DNA of 64,000 nucleotides from Phoronis australis (Eukaryota; Animalia; Phoronida): contig NMRA01000550.1 of the NCBI GenBank assembly GCA_002633005.1, positions 184,134 through 248,133 on the forward strand. Reading direction: 5' to 3'. A program made the translations under genes and the position numbers. Under the pieces are notes generated by a model. That model had not been told where the DNA came from. It did not search any database and saw only the letters and a list, made by a program, of their open reading frames with translations. This document shows positions 51,501 through 63,919 of the stretch, piece after piece; the first letter of the stretch is position 1, and each line of letters starts with the position of its first letter.

Positions 51501-54500
51501 GTGAACTGATCTAACTCGCAACTGTCGGCATTCTGCAAGCCGTTAGGGCATTGGCAAGGACGACACGGGATGGTGCGACCAAGGCGAGGGTCACCGTAGT
51601 AACCAACCTCACACCTAAAAGGAAATAAACAACATCAGTGTAAACATGGGTCGGCCAGGACAGATAACAAAAAATACACTGAAAACAAGCTGCAAAAATA
51701 CCGCAGTATAAGATCTGAAGTTGGTAAATGGATGTTTTCTGTCGTTCTGAAGTATCGCGTGGGAACACCTTACTTGCATGGTTAGGTAGTCCCCAGTACT
51801 AAGTAACAGAAATGTCTTGAAAAGATATGGTGAGTTATGTCAGACAACATTATTAACCAACAGATGTCACTTTTATCCATTAGGTCATACTCGAGCCTTT
51901 ACACAGAACTATTGAACTCCGCTACGCCGGATACCGCATGCATACAAATGAGTGAGAAAGCTGTCAAGTATCTTTATTACAAATAGGGACAGACATAGAA
52001 TTGAGTGACTTTTTACTGTAACTTATAAACTATAAGTACAACACATAAAATAGCTGACAACTGAGTTGATTTATACTGATACACAGATGACCTCCATCCA
52101 CATGTCACTCACTTGTCACAGTTATCTCCTGTTGTGAAGTCTCTACAGCCCTCGCAGCGACCCGTTCGATCTTCACAAGTGTCCGCGTGCCCGTTACACT
52201 GACACGGACGACACGTCGGGAAGGAATAGTAGCCAGGCTGACAGCGGTCACACTGACGGCCGTAGATACCTGGCTGGCAGATACACAGGCCTGACTGGAT
52301 GTCACAGAAGTTGTCACGGGAACCACGGTTGTCACAGTTACAGGCTGCAATGAATGGATATGGTCAAAAGTTGTAGGAAAGTGCTGGCACAAAAATATCC
52401 AGAAGTAATAAGCCTTCATGTTTTCAGCTGATACCTTTAATACGTACATGCTTTGCAACAATTAAGATTTTAACATTTGAACAACATATCTACGAAACAT
52501 CATATCCACCAAACACCATATCCACCAATCACCATATCCACCAAACACCATATCCCCCAAACATCATATCCACCAAATATCATATCCACCAAACATCATA
52601 TCTACCAAACATAATAAACACCAAACATCATATCTACCAAACATCACCTCACAGTAACTGTTCTTATTGGCTCACTATTTTTCTTACATGAATTAAGTAA
52701 ATTCAATAAAGAACAAAACAACGAAAAGATGCATTCAGTCAAATTTTTCAAAATGTATTACTCCCTGCTCAGAACATAAACAAGGGGTGGTTACCACATA
52801 ACTATATACATACGTGTACATCCCCGAGGTCCGAAGCCATAAGTTCCCGGAGCACACTGGTCACATCGCCGTCCAATCACGTTGGGTTTACACTGACATT
52901 GACCTCCGAGGGACGCACACTCGGTACTTACAGATCCAGTGGGGTCACACTGGCAGTCTGGAATGTCGAGACATTGTTGTGAACCAATGTTATGGGTAGC
53001 AACAAACACGCAGAATAATGTTTTGAAATTGTAATGAATCAATGTTATGGGTAGTAAAAAGTAGTCCTGATACTCAAGAGAGCACCACCTGTTGGTATTC
53101 AAAGAAATACTGCAGCGCCATCTGGAGTGAATCCAAGATAATTGTGCATACCTGATGACAGTTATAACTAAGCACCAATGAATGAAGGCAATGCTAGACA
53201 ACTGCTGCTGGAAGGCCATGACTGCTGACTGCGTTTTGCTTGACTTTTCGAATTACCTACCTAAAGCCTTCTCGTAAACCGTAGCACCAATACTGAAGAT
53301 GAGCTGTTTACATATCTCAGGTAGCTGAAGTTTGTCCCGCCCGTTGAGTCTCAGCAGGAGGTCCTCACATTGGTATCTATTATACTCCTGGACTAGGTCG
53401 TCAGGGGCATTATCGGGCTTGAAGATGGAGAGGGAGGTGGGCACAGGAACCAAGATGATCTTTAAAGTAGGGTAGAGAAAGAGAATAATGCAGACCACCA
53501 GGGATGTACGGACTTATAGTATCAACTTCAGTTTCATTGTAGCAAGTCTTTAGACCAACCCACTTGGGTATTAATTGCCACTGAGGTAATAAGGTTGAAA
53601 TGGAGCAAAATTTTAATATAATCAATGCCTCCTGCAACAATGAAGATTAAACAAGCTACAACATGCTTTAGTCGGATTATTTTCTTGGCTGATTTTTTGG
53701 CAATGTAAGAAGTCAAAGCGCGGTCAGCATACAAGACTTTTGTAAGTATTATGTGTACACAAGTCATGCAGTATTCCTGGCATCACTTGAGCAGCATAAG
53801 TAGGTGAACTCCTACATACGCACCATAAAGGCCTGCCAGTCTAACCGCACTTACCGAATCGATAAGCATCATAGCATCTTTGGTTTCCCGATCACTCTTG
53901 TAGCGGTTGAAATCCAATTTGATAGTGTACTTAACGCCCTTCTCTAAACAGGACGGTGGCGACACCGTGTAGAAGCGATTGACTGTAACACAAAGAGGGA
54001 CCAGTTAGTGTCGCTCACTATCAGGGTGTCACAACAAACATGGGATAGAGCAGCACAGGGAATGGAGTGTCATGGTAACAGTGAATACTCTCATCTTCAC
54101 ATGATACCAACTTCTGATTGGCTAGTTTTGTGCACAACATCATGAAATATTCACCAGAAGTCCAATCAAATTTCTGCATTAGGAATTCATTTGCATAAAT
54201 ATGAGTATTTTGAGCTTTTTGTCTCTTGGCTAAAACGTTATTCAACGGACTATCCACTCTAATAACATGACATCGACAGTTTTGATCATACAGAGACAGT
54301 TCGGAAAAACGTGGGTGTGTGTATAAACACTCAGGGGGAGGTACAATAGATTGTTCAGAATTCTGCTGATCTCTGATGTTCATTAAGAAGGCAAAAAGTA
54401 CAATCCAACACTCAGATACATGTCACACATTACAGGAAAAGGAAATGAATTAGATATTCTTTATACCCCCTTTAGTGATACAACTGGTTTTATTTAGACA

Positions 54501-57500
54501 AAATTCAACAAAAACTCTGAATTATGCCTACAGCGTAATATGCGTTTAAACTTTGCTGAACGTTTTTCGTCCTTTCTCCACACACTACACAAATGGATTC
54601 AAATGATGTCTATGTTAACATAGACCATGAACCAGAGACACCTATTGACAAGAGTCGCATGCGAGGTTCAAGATATGTGAGTTTAGGACAGGTGAATAGA
54701 CAAGAAGCGTCACCATGGTGACAGGTAGATATAACATGAGTGACAAGTAGGTCACCATGACAACATAACATACACAGAAACAGGTAGTAGTGCAGGGGTG
54801 TGGGGGAACAGGTAATCAAAGCCAGGTGTGAGCTCAACACAGCCAGTATTTTGTCAACGTTGCCAGCAGAGTCAGTAACTTGACGACATGGCTAGAACTC
54901 GGATATGAAACGTAAACCCTAACTAGTGTTTTGTAAGTAAGCAGTCAACTAATCAAAGACTAGGGAAATGGCTGCCACTGAAAAGTGACAGGAAGTTAAA
55001 GATAATGTTGCATTATGGGAAAGAGCTGTACACTAAACATTTTTACTGCAGCTAGTGTACGGCTAATGTTGTTTATCACACGCCAGTGTCAAACACACAC
55101 AGTGAGGCATACTTTATAGTGAAAATCAACAGAAAACATGACCTGCAGGACAAATGTTAATACACAAGGACATTGTTAGTACATGGAGTGACAGTTATGA
55201 CATACACAAGTCACGTGACATCAATCACATGACATCAGCCACATGACATCAGTCACATAACATCAGACATATGACATCAGTCACATGACATCAGTCACAT
55301 GACATCAGTCACATGGGTGTGTCTGTCCATTACATGCTATAACCAATGGACAATATTATCACGTGTTGTCGTGTCTTCGTCACTAAATGAACTCATGGTC
55401 AACTTAATCTCACACTTTAAGTCAGAAATGTTATAAACAAAGGTTGTTTCCGCAAAAGAACAAAAGATGCAAGAGCACAGCTGTTTAGAATTCATCTAGA
55501 AAATAAAACAATAGCTCAAGCTCGCAATAATCACCAAGGACCGAGATGACAAACTTTACTGTTTCAAACTCAACCGAAATTTGACCTAGCACATCCTGTC
55601 AAATTTCTAAGTTAATTCGAAGCATGCCCTGAGTCTGGTCAATTTTGAGTAGTGTCTTGAGACGACTTCAGTTTTATGGTCTCTGGTACATGTAGCAATT
55701 ATTAAAGCTTTAGTTGGCTTCAGAGACGTAACGAACAAGTCACTAATCAAATTAACTGTTTCTAAATAAATGGGAGTCATCTGTGAGTAATGTGAGTCAT
55801 TTAGTGGCCAGACTGGAGTAGCTAAACGCAACATGAACGTGAGCATGTACTTCTCACCCGGCAGCCCTAATGAAGACTCATCTCCTGTGAAGGGAGGATA
55901 CAGTTATCAGCAATTATCCCCTGTTGTAGTCATTTATGACTATTTGGCCGTGAAAACTGTGAACAGTAGTTTTAAACATTGCCAAAATCTCCAAGTTCTA
56001 CCAAAAATCAAGGTAGCAATCGTAAAGAAACATGGTGTGTCAGGTAAAAGTTTTTCTTGAAAATCTTGTGATTTCATCAACATTTTGACAACTAGCAGTT
56101 TTGGCAACTGTCCAAGATTTTCAAAAAACCCACAGTAACAGTTTACAAAAACAATTACAACACATAATAAATATCACAGATGTAGAATAAACATCTTATA
56201 TACACTTAACAAGCCATCTTAAGAGGAAAATCTGTTTCAACAACTTTAGAACAGCCTAACAGTGACTGACCAACTTGAGAAAGTGACATGAGGTAATGAC
56301 CCAGACAGTGGTGGGTGCCCCCTACCTGAAGGTAGTCCTGTGGACTTGAAGTCATCCTGTGGTACATGGTTGGAGCATGGCCCCGTTTGGTCTACTGGAC
56401 CTGGCCGGATCACTGTCACGCGCACGTCATCCCAGATTTCTCTCATCTACAAAGAACATAAACATAGCACACAAGCACAGAAGAAAGTATGGCTGTCTAT
56501 ACCATTGGCGGAAGCCTTCTTGCAATGCAGGAATCCAATGCGCCCCATACATTTGTCCAATAGAGGATGCCTATGTCGTAATCCTGAATCCATGCCTCTC
56601 TAATTGAGTCCAGCCAAATAGACTGAACACAAACGTATCAACAATCAATGAATTGTTTCTCTACCAAGTTTTGAGCAACATTTCACCCTGTTTAGCTGGG
56701 CCGTGACTAAAAACAAAATCAAAATTAAGCTTTGCACTCTAAAAAAATGGTCTCATGTATTCCTATCCATGATAGGTGTCTCTTTCCGAAACAACATAAA
56801 ACTATCAGCGACTCCAGAAAACGCTTCAGAGTTTCTTGGGATTGGCCAACCCTGAAATTGCAAATTCGAAACTGGTGCATGTAAACATCACTTGTGAGTA
56901 CAGCTAGCAGTAGACATGGAATCCTATCACAGCAACGAATATTGTGACACTGATTTGACACCAAAAGGCCTACCTCAATTTTCATTTTTAGCCAGCTCAA
57001 CTAGGCGAACGAACGAACTTTAATTTGTGACTTACATCTAGAGCCCCTAGACCAAAAGCAGGGCACTGTTGTCCAGTTTAGTAACTACATGTACTCAACA
57101 GTGAATGCTTTTTGGTGAATTGTACTTTTGATCTGACCAAAAGTACAATTAGTTACTACATTAGATAATTAAAGAATAGCTGAGGAAACTAGAAACCACA
57201 AAATCAAAACGATGTTGGTAACACAACTACAAGCCAGTAAACCCAACAACATTGAAGCACACTTACCACACAAGACACAATCCTGGAGGCAGTGATATAT
57301 CAAACATCATACAGTACAAGGCAATATTCACATCATCTAATTGAAAAGTAATTTAAATAACCGTCTATAACATAACTAGAACACAAGTATTCGTAATCTG
57401 TCTGGACAAACAAATTAGTTGAGAACATAAAATAGTCCAGACTATGACAAGAATCATACATTGGTAGGCCAGTATATAAAACTATGATAAATCTTAAAAC

Positions 57501-60500
57501 AGAATTGTCAGTTTCTTAGACGTTTATAGGTATTCTAATAATTCATAAATCACAGCAAGTGTCAACATACACCAGTGGATGCATCACTCAAATGTCATAA
57601 AAAATCAACAACTGAACAATAATGATTGTGTAATCATTCATCCGTGAAGAATGGCCCTGAACCCAGGTGCCTGTTATTTTGTGGTCATCAGTATTCTAAA
57701 TGCACATGAAGATTCGAACGAATACGTGCACATTTACTATCTGTCCTAAGAACTGCTTAATGCTAGTGAACGTTGGCTTTGTAAAGAATTATAAGAAATT
57801 AATGATCAAAGTTTGAATTTTGAGGTAATAGTCTACACTTTTTACCAAGGATTCAATTTCTTAATTAATTTTTAAGTATTAATAGTAGACTTCAGTGGCA
57901 GATTTGAGGGGGGCTAAGGAGGCCATGGCCCCCTAAAATTCTCTCATATTCCATTTGGCACTTCAGGGGTGCGAATGTCTGACGGGCAAAATCCTGGATA
58001 ATACTCTGCCCTGCTCTCCCCCCAACTCAAAATTCTGGATCTGCCCCTCGACTTATAAAACTATATTTTTTAAAATCCTTGATGATCACAGAATCATATT
58101 GAATGCACAAAAGCAATGCACAGATGTCCATAATTTCGTGATTGCATTTTTCTCAAAAATTATGATCTTTCCCGGAGATGGCTGTTTTTTCTATAAACAT
58201 GAGTTTTTCAATTACATTAGCATATTCTGTTTCTTTATTCTGTTACCTACAAAGGCATGCCTCTTGCCTCTTAGCCCAAGAGCTCGGTTGTCAAAAAGCA
58301 AGACTGTCGTTTTCATTTTTGACAGCGCAGTTGACAGGCTAAAAGACAAATAACGAAAACCTCAGAATGAAGAAATAGAATTTGCAAGTTTCAGGCAAAA
58401 AAATTCCAGTTTGTGGAAATTGTGATGATCTCTCCATAAAAGCAAGATTATAAAAATGTGGACATTACTTATGTGCACATACCATTCTGCACTCATAAAG
58501 ATTTTAAAATTATACAGTTTTATGAATCTACATTAATACTTAAAAGTAGTTACTTAAGAAATTTTGTCCTTGGTAACGAAGGTAGTCATAATTATCGCTT
58601 AGTATAGAATTAGATTGGTCATTACAACAGCTTTGTATTATTCACATTACTTGTGCTTCACATTACATATGCTTCACATTACATAATTATGCTTCACATT
58701 ACATAATTATGCTTCACATTACATAATTATGCTTCACATTACATAATTATGCTTCACATTACATAATTATGCTTCACATTACATAATTATGCTTCACATT
58801 ACATAATTATGCTTCACATTGCATATGCTTCACATTACATAATTATGCTTCACATTGCATATGCTTCACATTACATAATTATGCTTCACATTGCATATTC
58901 TTCACATTACATAATTATGCTTCACATTGCATATTCTTCACATTACATAATTATGCTTCACATTGCATATTCTTCACATTACATAATTATGCTTCACATT
59001 GCATATTCTTCACATTACATAATTATGCTTCACATTGCATATGCTTCACATTACCTGTGGTTCGTATCTGATGACAATGTGGTAAAACATAGAAGATGGT
59101 ATGTCATCAATCGTGAACTCCAGAGTGTCACCCTCCGTGACCTTCATGAACCCAGGACCAGTCCAGGTCATAGGTCGGCCAGGGGTCGGCTCACGGATCA
59201 CAATCTGAGTGTTCTGTAAACAAACAGTGCCAGTAATGTTGTGTTGATATTACACTTAATCATTTGATGGAATGAATTGTGGCAGAAAACAATGATTAAA
59301 TAATAATTATTATTTTCATTATGTAAGCAATTATACGCATTGTAATTTGAGGACAAGAACAAAGATACTATGTGTGGAAATAACAACAGAAAAATGTTGG
59401 TAAATTGTTTGCATTACAAACAACAGGATACTTGCAAAAAGGTTAATTTGGATTTACAAAAAAGAAATGAGCAGTAAAAATTGCATTTTGCAAGATAAAT
59501 GTCTCATTTAGAGATGCCTAGTTGAATGTACTCCTCGACAGAAAGAATAAAAAACTCAAGCATCTAAATAAAGAATAGCCACATGTTCTTAAATGACAGC
59601 ATTCTTAGAGTTTTGATTACTTATGGAAATCAACACTGCTCAGCAACTGATAAAACTATCATGTGAGTGTCACATGACCATCACATGACCTCCCACAGTA
59701 GTCAACACATACCCCTGTGCCGAGTGCGTATTCTGCTTCATAGGCCAAGAAATCAAGGTACGTGATAAAGTAGCCAGGGCGTGGCTGGTCACATCGACGG
59801 CCAATGATGTTCGGACGACAACTGCACTGACCAGTCACCGCATCACAGTCGTTGCCATAGGCACCACCGATGTCACAGTCACATGGTTTGCAGCCAAACT
59901 CATCCTCGCTCAAACCCCAGTACTCCGCCTATAGCAACACAAAATAAAATAATGTAGAAAACTTGAACTTTACCATACAAATAAAAATAAAGTTCCTTGT
60001 AAGGACTGTATACACAAACACTTAGGGGTGACATATTTACAAACACACTTATGGTAGAGCAGAATAAAGCATTATCAAGTAGACGTGTTTAGACTAAATA
60101 TTGAAATAAACAATAAAAAATGTGAGATTTTAAAGTTAGTTTTGCAAAATCACTCACAAAAAAGAAAACTAGCCAAGAGATGGCAGCACATTTGGATGAA
60201 GAGGAGTCTGTTTATGCTACCCCCAATACTATTTTTCCGTTCTACCATACGACAGAGTATAAAACTACAGAAGACCTACCATGCACGTGTCACAGTAGCG
60301 GCCCGTCACGTAACGCTTGCATTCACATTCACCAGACAACTTGTTGCAGCCATAGTTACCCACAGTTCCCAGACGACTACAAGCGCACTCTAGTGAACAA
60401 AAAAGAATACAATTACTATACAAACAACATAGTTAATGTATAATCCAACAATTTCTCACCTGCAAGCTGAATATAATATTGCAGGGGTGAATAGTGTCTT

Positions 60501-63500
60501 ACATTTTAGCAAAAATATGTAAGGATTTACCAAGAGCACCAAAAAGCTGACAATATCAGAAAAGGAAAAATTTCGTAAGAGGAAAATCAATTTCTTGTCA
60601 TCATTTACACAGCAATAATACATCATGTTCAAGATGGTTTTCCTCTTCTCAGCTCCTCACTTTGACTGGTGCCCACCACTACTGACCACTCTTTCCTTGG
60701 AGTCCCCTACTGACCCTCACACCCTCGACTGATATCCCCTAGTGACCCTTGTATCCTTGACTGGAGTCCCCTACTGACCCTCACACCCTTGACTGATATC
60801 CCCTAGCGACCCTTGTACTATTGACTGGAGTCCCCCTACTGATCATCACACCCTTGACCTTCAAACCCTTGACCGGTGTCCCCTTAAGACCCTTGTCTAC
60901 TTGACTGGTGTCCCTACTGACCCTCACACACTTGATTGGTATCCCCTACTGACCCTCACATCCCTTGAACAGAGTCCCCAACTGACCTTCACATCCATCA
61001 GGGTTGTCAGGCGTCAGGTTCCAGTATCCATCCTGGCAGACATCACACCTGTCTCCCGTCACAAACCGCTTACAGATACACCTGCCCGCCACCAGGTCGT
61101 TGAACACGTCCGTCTCCTGTTCACACTCGCCACCATTCTCCGCACCAATAGGATCACAGTTACAAGCTGCAACAATACGGGAATCAAGCTGATCAACTTG
61201 GCTGTTACATTCAGACTGTGCAAGAGATTTGTAATGCAAATGGTTGATCCAAGTTAATATTGCTAATTTAAAAATAAGCTCTAGACTGCGCCAAGTGAGA
61301 AGTTAAAACATTGCAACAAAGGTGACTACAGGCGTGCCTAAGGGCTTTCAACACATTCACTTAACACAAGGAGGTACTGTGCTGTGCAGTCCACCATATT
61401 CAAAACCATTTCTTTAATTACATGATGAAGTCTAATTCAATGTTGGATTTTTAGTCTTGTATTTTATACGACAAGAAGTAAACACATTACTACATAAAAC
61501 CCCGAGGGAGAAATAAACACAAAAACCAATTATACGTTTTACTCACGCTGACAGATGAGAGGATCGCGAATGTCTCGTCGTGGGTCCTTGTAGAAAAATG
61601 GCTGGCATTCTTCACAATTTCGACCCATCGTGTTATGTTGACAGTCGTCACACACACCACCACTTACATTACCAGAGGCTGCATACACGGCTGCATCGAA
61701 GTGACACCTGGAGGCATGGCTGTTACAGTTGCATCCTGGCAAAAAGAAGGGAACGTCAGTGCGAATTTTTTCAATGAATTTCTGTAGTTCCTATAGAATG
61801 AAAACTCTTTGTATTAAAGTACCCGGGATGTCACTCATATTGACAAAGTGCAAGCAGGCGTGTACCAAAAAAATTTTGGTACACGCCAGCAGGTACTTTG
61901 TCAATATGAGTGACACCCCAAGATTAAAGTACAAAGTTCTGGAATACAGAGAGCTAGTTTCTCGTCAATGCCTGACCAACTGAACCTGAACAAGAATGCA
62001 CTATTCCTTCAGTCGTGGTTGAACTGCCTGGAATGACATATTTTCCACCAGGAGTCTCTCTCGCTGACATGTAAGGCAGTAATAAACCCGCATTCCATCA
62101 AACAGACATTGGCGGTTTTATGGCTGAAAAACACATGTTTAACCTGTGTTGATTCATTTCTTTTAAAACGTTTAAGGTGCGTATATCTGAACTTGTACTT
62201 CAACTTATATTTTCCACAAATGTCTTGAAATATCTGTGCAGTAACTGTGTCACGTGCCCATTTAATAACCTAGACCTGGACAAGAGTTGGCAAAAAATTA
62301 GGATTGAAACTTGAATCCATTGAATAAATAGGTTAACCTACACGCGTTTTATATTGGTGAATGCTATTACCTTTGGTTGCTATGCTGACAAAGTATTGTG
62401 AAGACAGCAACCAAAGCTAATAACATTATCCCATATAAAACATGTAAATTAATATATATTTACTATAAAGGATATATAGCAAAGAAGCTAAATGTCACCT
62501 CAGCAACTATATAGGATCTCATATAAATCAATATAGGTTTTCATACAAAACAATATAGGTTCTCATATAAACCAATGTAGGTTCCCATATAAACCAATAT
62601 AGGTTCTCATATAAACCAATATAGGCTCTCGTATAAACCAATATAGGTTCTCAAATATTAAAAGCAATATAGGTTCTCAAATATTAAAAGCAATATAGGT
62701 TCCCATACCTACTAATATGATAGCAAACTTACACTTAATTTTCTACAGCAGTGAGATTAAGATTGAGAAGTAGAAGATAAATAAGAAAATTTCACATAAA
62801 GCACCCCATTGTGCATTCACTTTTTATCTGTTAACAAGTCATCCATCCTATAAATCAGCCGCATCCTATAAATCAGCTGTGCCTCCCTAAATAATAAACC
62901 CATTGATTCAGGCCCAAAGGTCACACAATGAGGAAAACACAGGTCAACTACCATGTGTTCTATATGATAATAAAGAGATGGTGACATCAGGCCTGGTCAG
63001 TTATACTGGACATTAGTGACCATAAACTGGACATTACTAGACTTACATCATAGGCAAATAAAAAGTAGGAAAAATCACTCACACATGGAGAGTGGAACAG
63101 AGGCAGCACAAGAAGTGACTATTTTGAAATACTTTCGATAAATGAAAAATTGACAAAGTCTGGGATAAATTATTAACACCAAAATAAATGCTTGTGCAGT
63201 TCAAGCTATATATTTTTCTTTCCTTGTTTTTCTCACCTCAGGAACATTAAAAACACCAACCTCTCAAAATGTGGGTCAATCGTATTTAATGCATGTTTCC
63301 TACCTGCACGATGCAGGAGTGATGAACTTGACAATTCACCAGACAGAGGGACCAGTTAGATGACCGAGAACAATTATCAAAATTTGAAAAATTTAGAAAA
63401 ACAAAATAAGCCCATTGCTTCATTAAAACTTTCCAGTATTTTTCAAATGTCACATTTAGAACATTTATTGACAAGTTATTATTATGTAAGAAGCATCTGG

Positions 63501-63919
63501 ATTTTCAACTAGCCATCTATTTCTGCAAAACTGCTATTTTTCAATCAGGGTAAAAATTGTTCAAATTGTCATTTCTAATTTCAAAGTCACTACACTGTGC
63601 AAACTCAATTTTTTCCATGCGTTGTTTGGAAACATCTGTAGTTCACTGTACAAACCACGCATGCAGTTAAGGAAAATTGTCTAAACATTAATTTTCGTTG
63701 AGAGATGTGAAATTCGACTTCTACATCACATCATGTCTTAAATTAAAGAAGTTTTACTACACTGGAAATTTTGTAACACAAGGAAAAGCAGCACTTACTT
63801 CTACAAGCGTTGGTGAGGTTGCCAACGGCCGGTCTCCAAGGCAAATCATTGTAGAAGTCTTCGCACTGTTCGCAGTTGAATCCCTTGGTATTGTGGGTAC
63901 ACTCACATTTCCCATGAAC
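36369..63919 (-). CDS. LAMB1: Laminin subunit beta (LAMB1/LanB1-like), 27 3' exons; LN domain lies beyond right edge
   Basis: In-phase exons encode LE repeats, LF (IVB) domain, further LE repeats, [12 protein letters not shown], a coiled coil with the L-beta knob ([15 protein letters not shown]) and terminal YNRCDPTPP*. The knob and LF domain are beta-chain specific. The invertebrate gene is probably co-orthologous to the vertebrate LAMB paralogues. Confidence 0.95.
37173..37305. mobile_element. MITE, same family as 22960-23101
   Basis: GTTCAGTAAC...AAAGTCACATG...AAAATACACAG...TTTACTGAAC. Confidence 0.6.
37523..37679 (-). CDS. LAMB1: Laminin beta exon (coiled coil)
   Basis: [12 protein letters not shown]...[11 protein letters not shown]. 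Confidence 0.9.
39421..39597 (-). CDS. LAMB1: Laminin beta exon (coiled coil)
   Basis: [36 protein letters not shown]. Confidence 0.9.
39911..40200. repeat. ~98-bp tandem triplication spanning a laminin splice donor
   Basis: CCTGAGTGAG...TGTTACAAGCTGAGGTGGGACTTGGCAGAAACC, 3 copies. Confidence 0.85.
40191..40332 (-). CDS. LAMB1: Laminin beta exon (coiled coil)
   Basis: [20 protein letters not shown]...ALTQ. Confidence 0.9.
40998..41173 (-). CDS. LAMB1: Laminin beta exon (coiled coil)
   Basis: [41 protein letters not shown]. Confidence 0.93.
41523..41699 (-). CDS. LAMB1: Laminin beta exon (coiled coil)
   Basis: [24 protein letters not shown]. Confidence 0.9.
42237..42995 (+). mobile_element. 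Solo LTR (759 bp)
   Basis: TGTCA...TGACA termini, perfect 5-bp TSD GACTA, TATAAATA at 42573, AATAAA at ~42889. Confidence 0.88.
42359..42580 (+). promoter_or_regulatory. Cluster of heat-shock elements plus TATA box inside the solo LTR
   Basis: GAAgtTTCtaGAA (42359), GAActTTCtaGAA (42423), GAAtaTTCtaGAg (42468), TTCcaGAAagTTC (42513), TTCtaGAA (42552), TATA at 42573. Confidence 0.7.
43521..44662. repeat. Pair of diverged ~200-bp inverted repeats (43521-43737, 44466-44662) flanking the knob exon
   Basis: TTCTAGAATTTGGGA / TCCCAAATTCTAGAA and CAGAGTAGGTAATTTTGC / GCAAAATTACCCACTCTG are colinear in reverse. Confidence 0.75.
43955..44140 (-). CDS. LAMB1: Laminin beta exon (L-beta knob)
   Basis: [35 protein letters not shown]. 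Confidence 0.95.
44774..44902 (-). CDS. LAMB1: Laminin beta exon (coiled coil)
   Basis: [15 protein letters not shown]...RIIDLNEA. Confidence 0.9.
45367..45473 (-). CDS. LAMB1: Laminin beta exon (coiled coil); acceptor ambiguous, may extend to 45725
   Basis: [17 protein letters not shown]...SADTRKQ; acceptor region duplicated 8 times in frame. Confidence 0.85.
45455..45745. repeat. 36-bp tandem array (8 copies) spanning a laminin splice acceptor
   Basis: TCTCGTTATAAGCACCTGTAATTAAGGAATTAATGA; open frame [12 protein letters not shown]. Confidence 0.93.
45839..46417. mobile_element. hAT-like MITE
   Basis: CAGCGCTGGAC / GTCAAGTGCTG termini and CAGGTCGCC subterminal motifs; related decayed copy at ~870-1250. 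Confidence 0.65.
47434..47618 (-). CDS. LAMB1: Laminin beta exon (coiled coil)
   Basis: [14 protein letters not shown]|gtgagt. Confidence 0.9.
47806..47850 (-). ncRNA. Penelope-type minimal hammerhead ribozyme motif
   Basis: Minus strand reads CUU-CUGAUGA-UGGUGU-loop-ACACU-GAAAC-AU-GUC-AAG; a degenerate inverted copy lies at 47994-48031. Confidence 0.6.
48141..48318 (-). CDS. LAMB1: Laminin beta exon (coiled coil)
   Basis: [29 protein letters not shown]. Confidence 0.92.
48861..49052 (-). CDS. LAMB1: Laminin beta exon (last LE / coiled-coil start)
   Basis: [29 protein letters not shown]. Confidence 0.95.
49557..49653 (-). CDS. LAMB1: Laminin beta exon (LE)
   Basis: [31 protein letters not shown]. 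Confidence 0.93.
50221..50423 (-). CDS. LAMB1: Laminin beta exon (LE)
   Basis: CVCNTLGT...[17 protein letters not shown]...QCNE. Confidence 0.95.
50771..50995 (-). CDS. LAMB1: Laminin beta exon (LE)
   Basis: [12 protein letters not shown]...[10 protein letters not shown]...QNCQ. Confidence 0.95.
51463..51614 (-). CDS. LAMB1: Laminin beta exon (LE)
   Basis: [23 protein letters not shown]...CHCRPGYA. Confidence 0.93.
52113..52344 (-). CDS. LAMB1: Laminin beta exon (LE)
   Basis: [13 protein letters not shown]...[18 protein letters not shown]. Confidence 0.93.
52500..52646. repeat. 16-17-bp minisatellite
   Basis: CATATCCACCAAACAC/T. Confidence 0.85.
52814..52957 (-). CDS. LAMB1: Laminin beta exon (LE)
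   Basis: [46 protein letters not shown]. Confidence 0.95.
53261..53459 (-). CDS. LAMB1: Laminin beta exon (LF end)
   Basis: IILVP...YNRYQC...[20 protein letters not shown]. Confidence 0.92.
53855..53982 (-). CDS. LAMB1: Laminin beta exon (LF domain)
   Basis: [17 protein letters not shown]...LIDS. Confidence 0.92.
55210..55315. repeat. 14-bp tandem repeat with E-box cores
   Basis: CATCAGTCACATGA, about 7 copies. Confidence 0.85.
56326..56446 (-). CDS. LAMB1: Laminin beta exon (LF domain)
   Basis: [32 protein letters not shown]. Confidence 0.92.
57893..58049. mobile_element. MITE with perfect 5-bp TSD
   Basis: CAGTGGCAGAT / ATCTGCCCCTC termini flanked by GACTT on both sides. Confidence 0.7.
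58641..59054. repeat. 20/36-bp compound minisatellite starting at a laminin donor
   Basis: GCTTCACATTACATAATTAT and GCTTCACATTGCATAT units. Confidence 0.92.
59055..59213 (-). CDS. LAMB1: Laminin beta exon (LF domain)
   Basis: [38 protein letters not shown]. Confidence 0.93.
59713..59928 (-). CDS. LAMB1: Laminin beta exon (LE/LF)
   Basis: [22 protein letters not shown]...YEAEYA. Confidence 0.93.
60280..60389 (-). CDS. LAMB1: Laminin beta exon (LE)
   Basis: [36 protein letters not shown]. Confidence 0.93.
60680..60990. repeat. Degenerate ~30-34-bp array derived from a laminin exon end and donor
   Basis: TCCCCTACTGACCCTCACA variants. Confidence 0.8.
60987..61166 (-). CDS. LAMB1: Laminin beta exon (LE)
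   Basis: [14 protein letters not shown]...NPDGCE. Confidence 0.93.
61547..61735 (-). CDS. LAMB1: Laminin beta exon (LE)
   Basis: [17 protein letters not shown]...[18 protein letters not shown]. Confidence 0.95.
61825..61919. repeat. Near-perfect palindrome (hairpin MITE)
   Basis: TGTCACTCATATTGACAAAG...GGCGTGTACCAAAA/TTTTGGTACACGCC...CTTTGTCAATATGAGTGACA. Confidence 0.85.
62505..62706. repeat. 22-24-bp minisatellite
   Basis: ATAGGTTCTCATATAAACCAAT. Confidence 0.85.
63799..63919 (-). CDS. LAMB1: Laminin beta exon (LE1)
   Basis: [40 protein letters not shown]. Confidence 0.93.

Noticed and set aside
58809-59219. 136-aa repetitive ORF
   Set aside because: Minisatellite plus the antisense strand of a laminin exon
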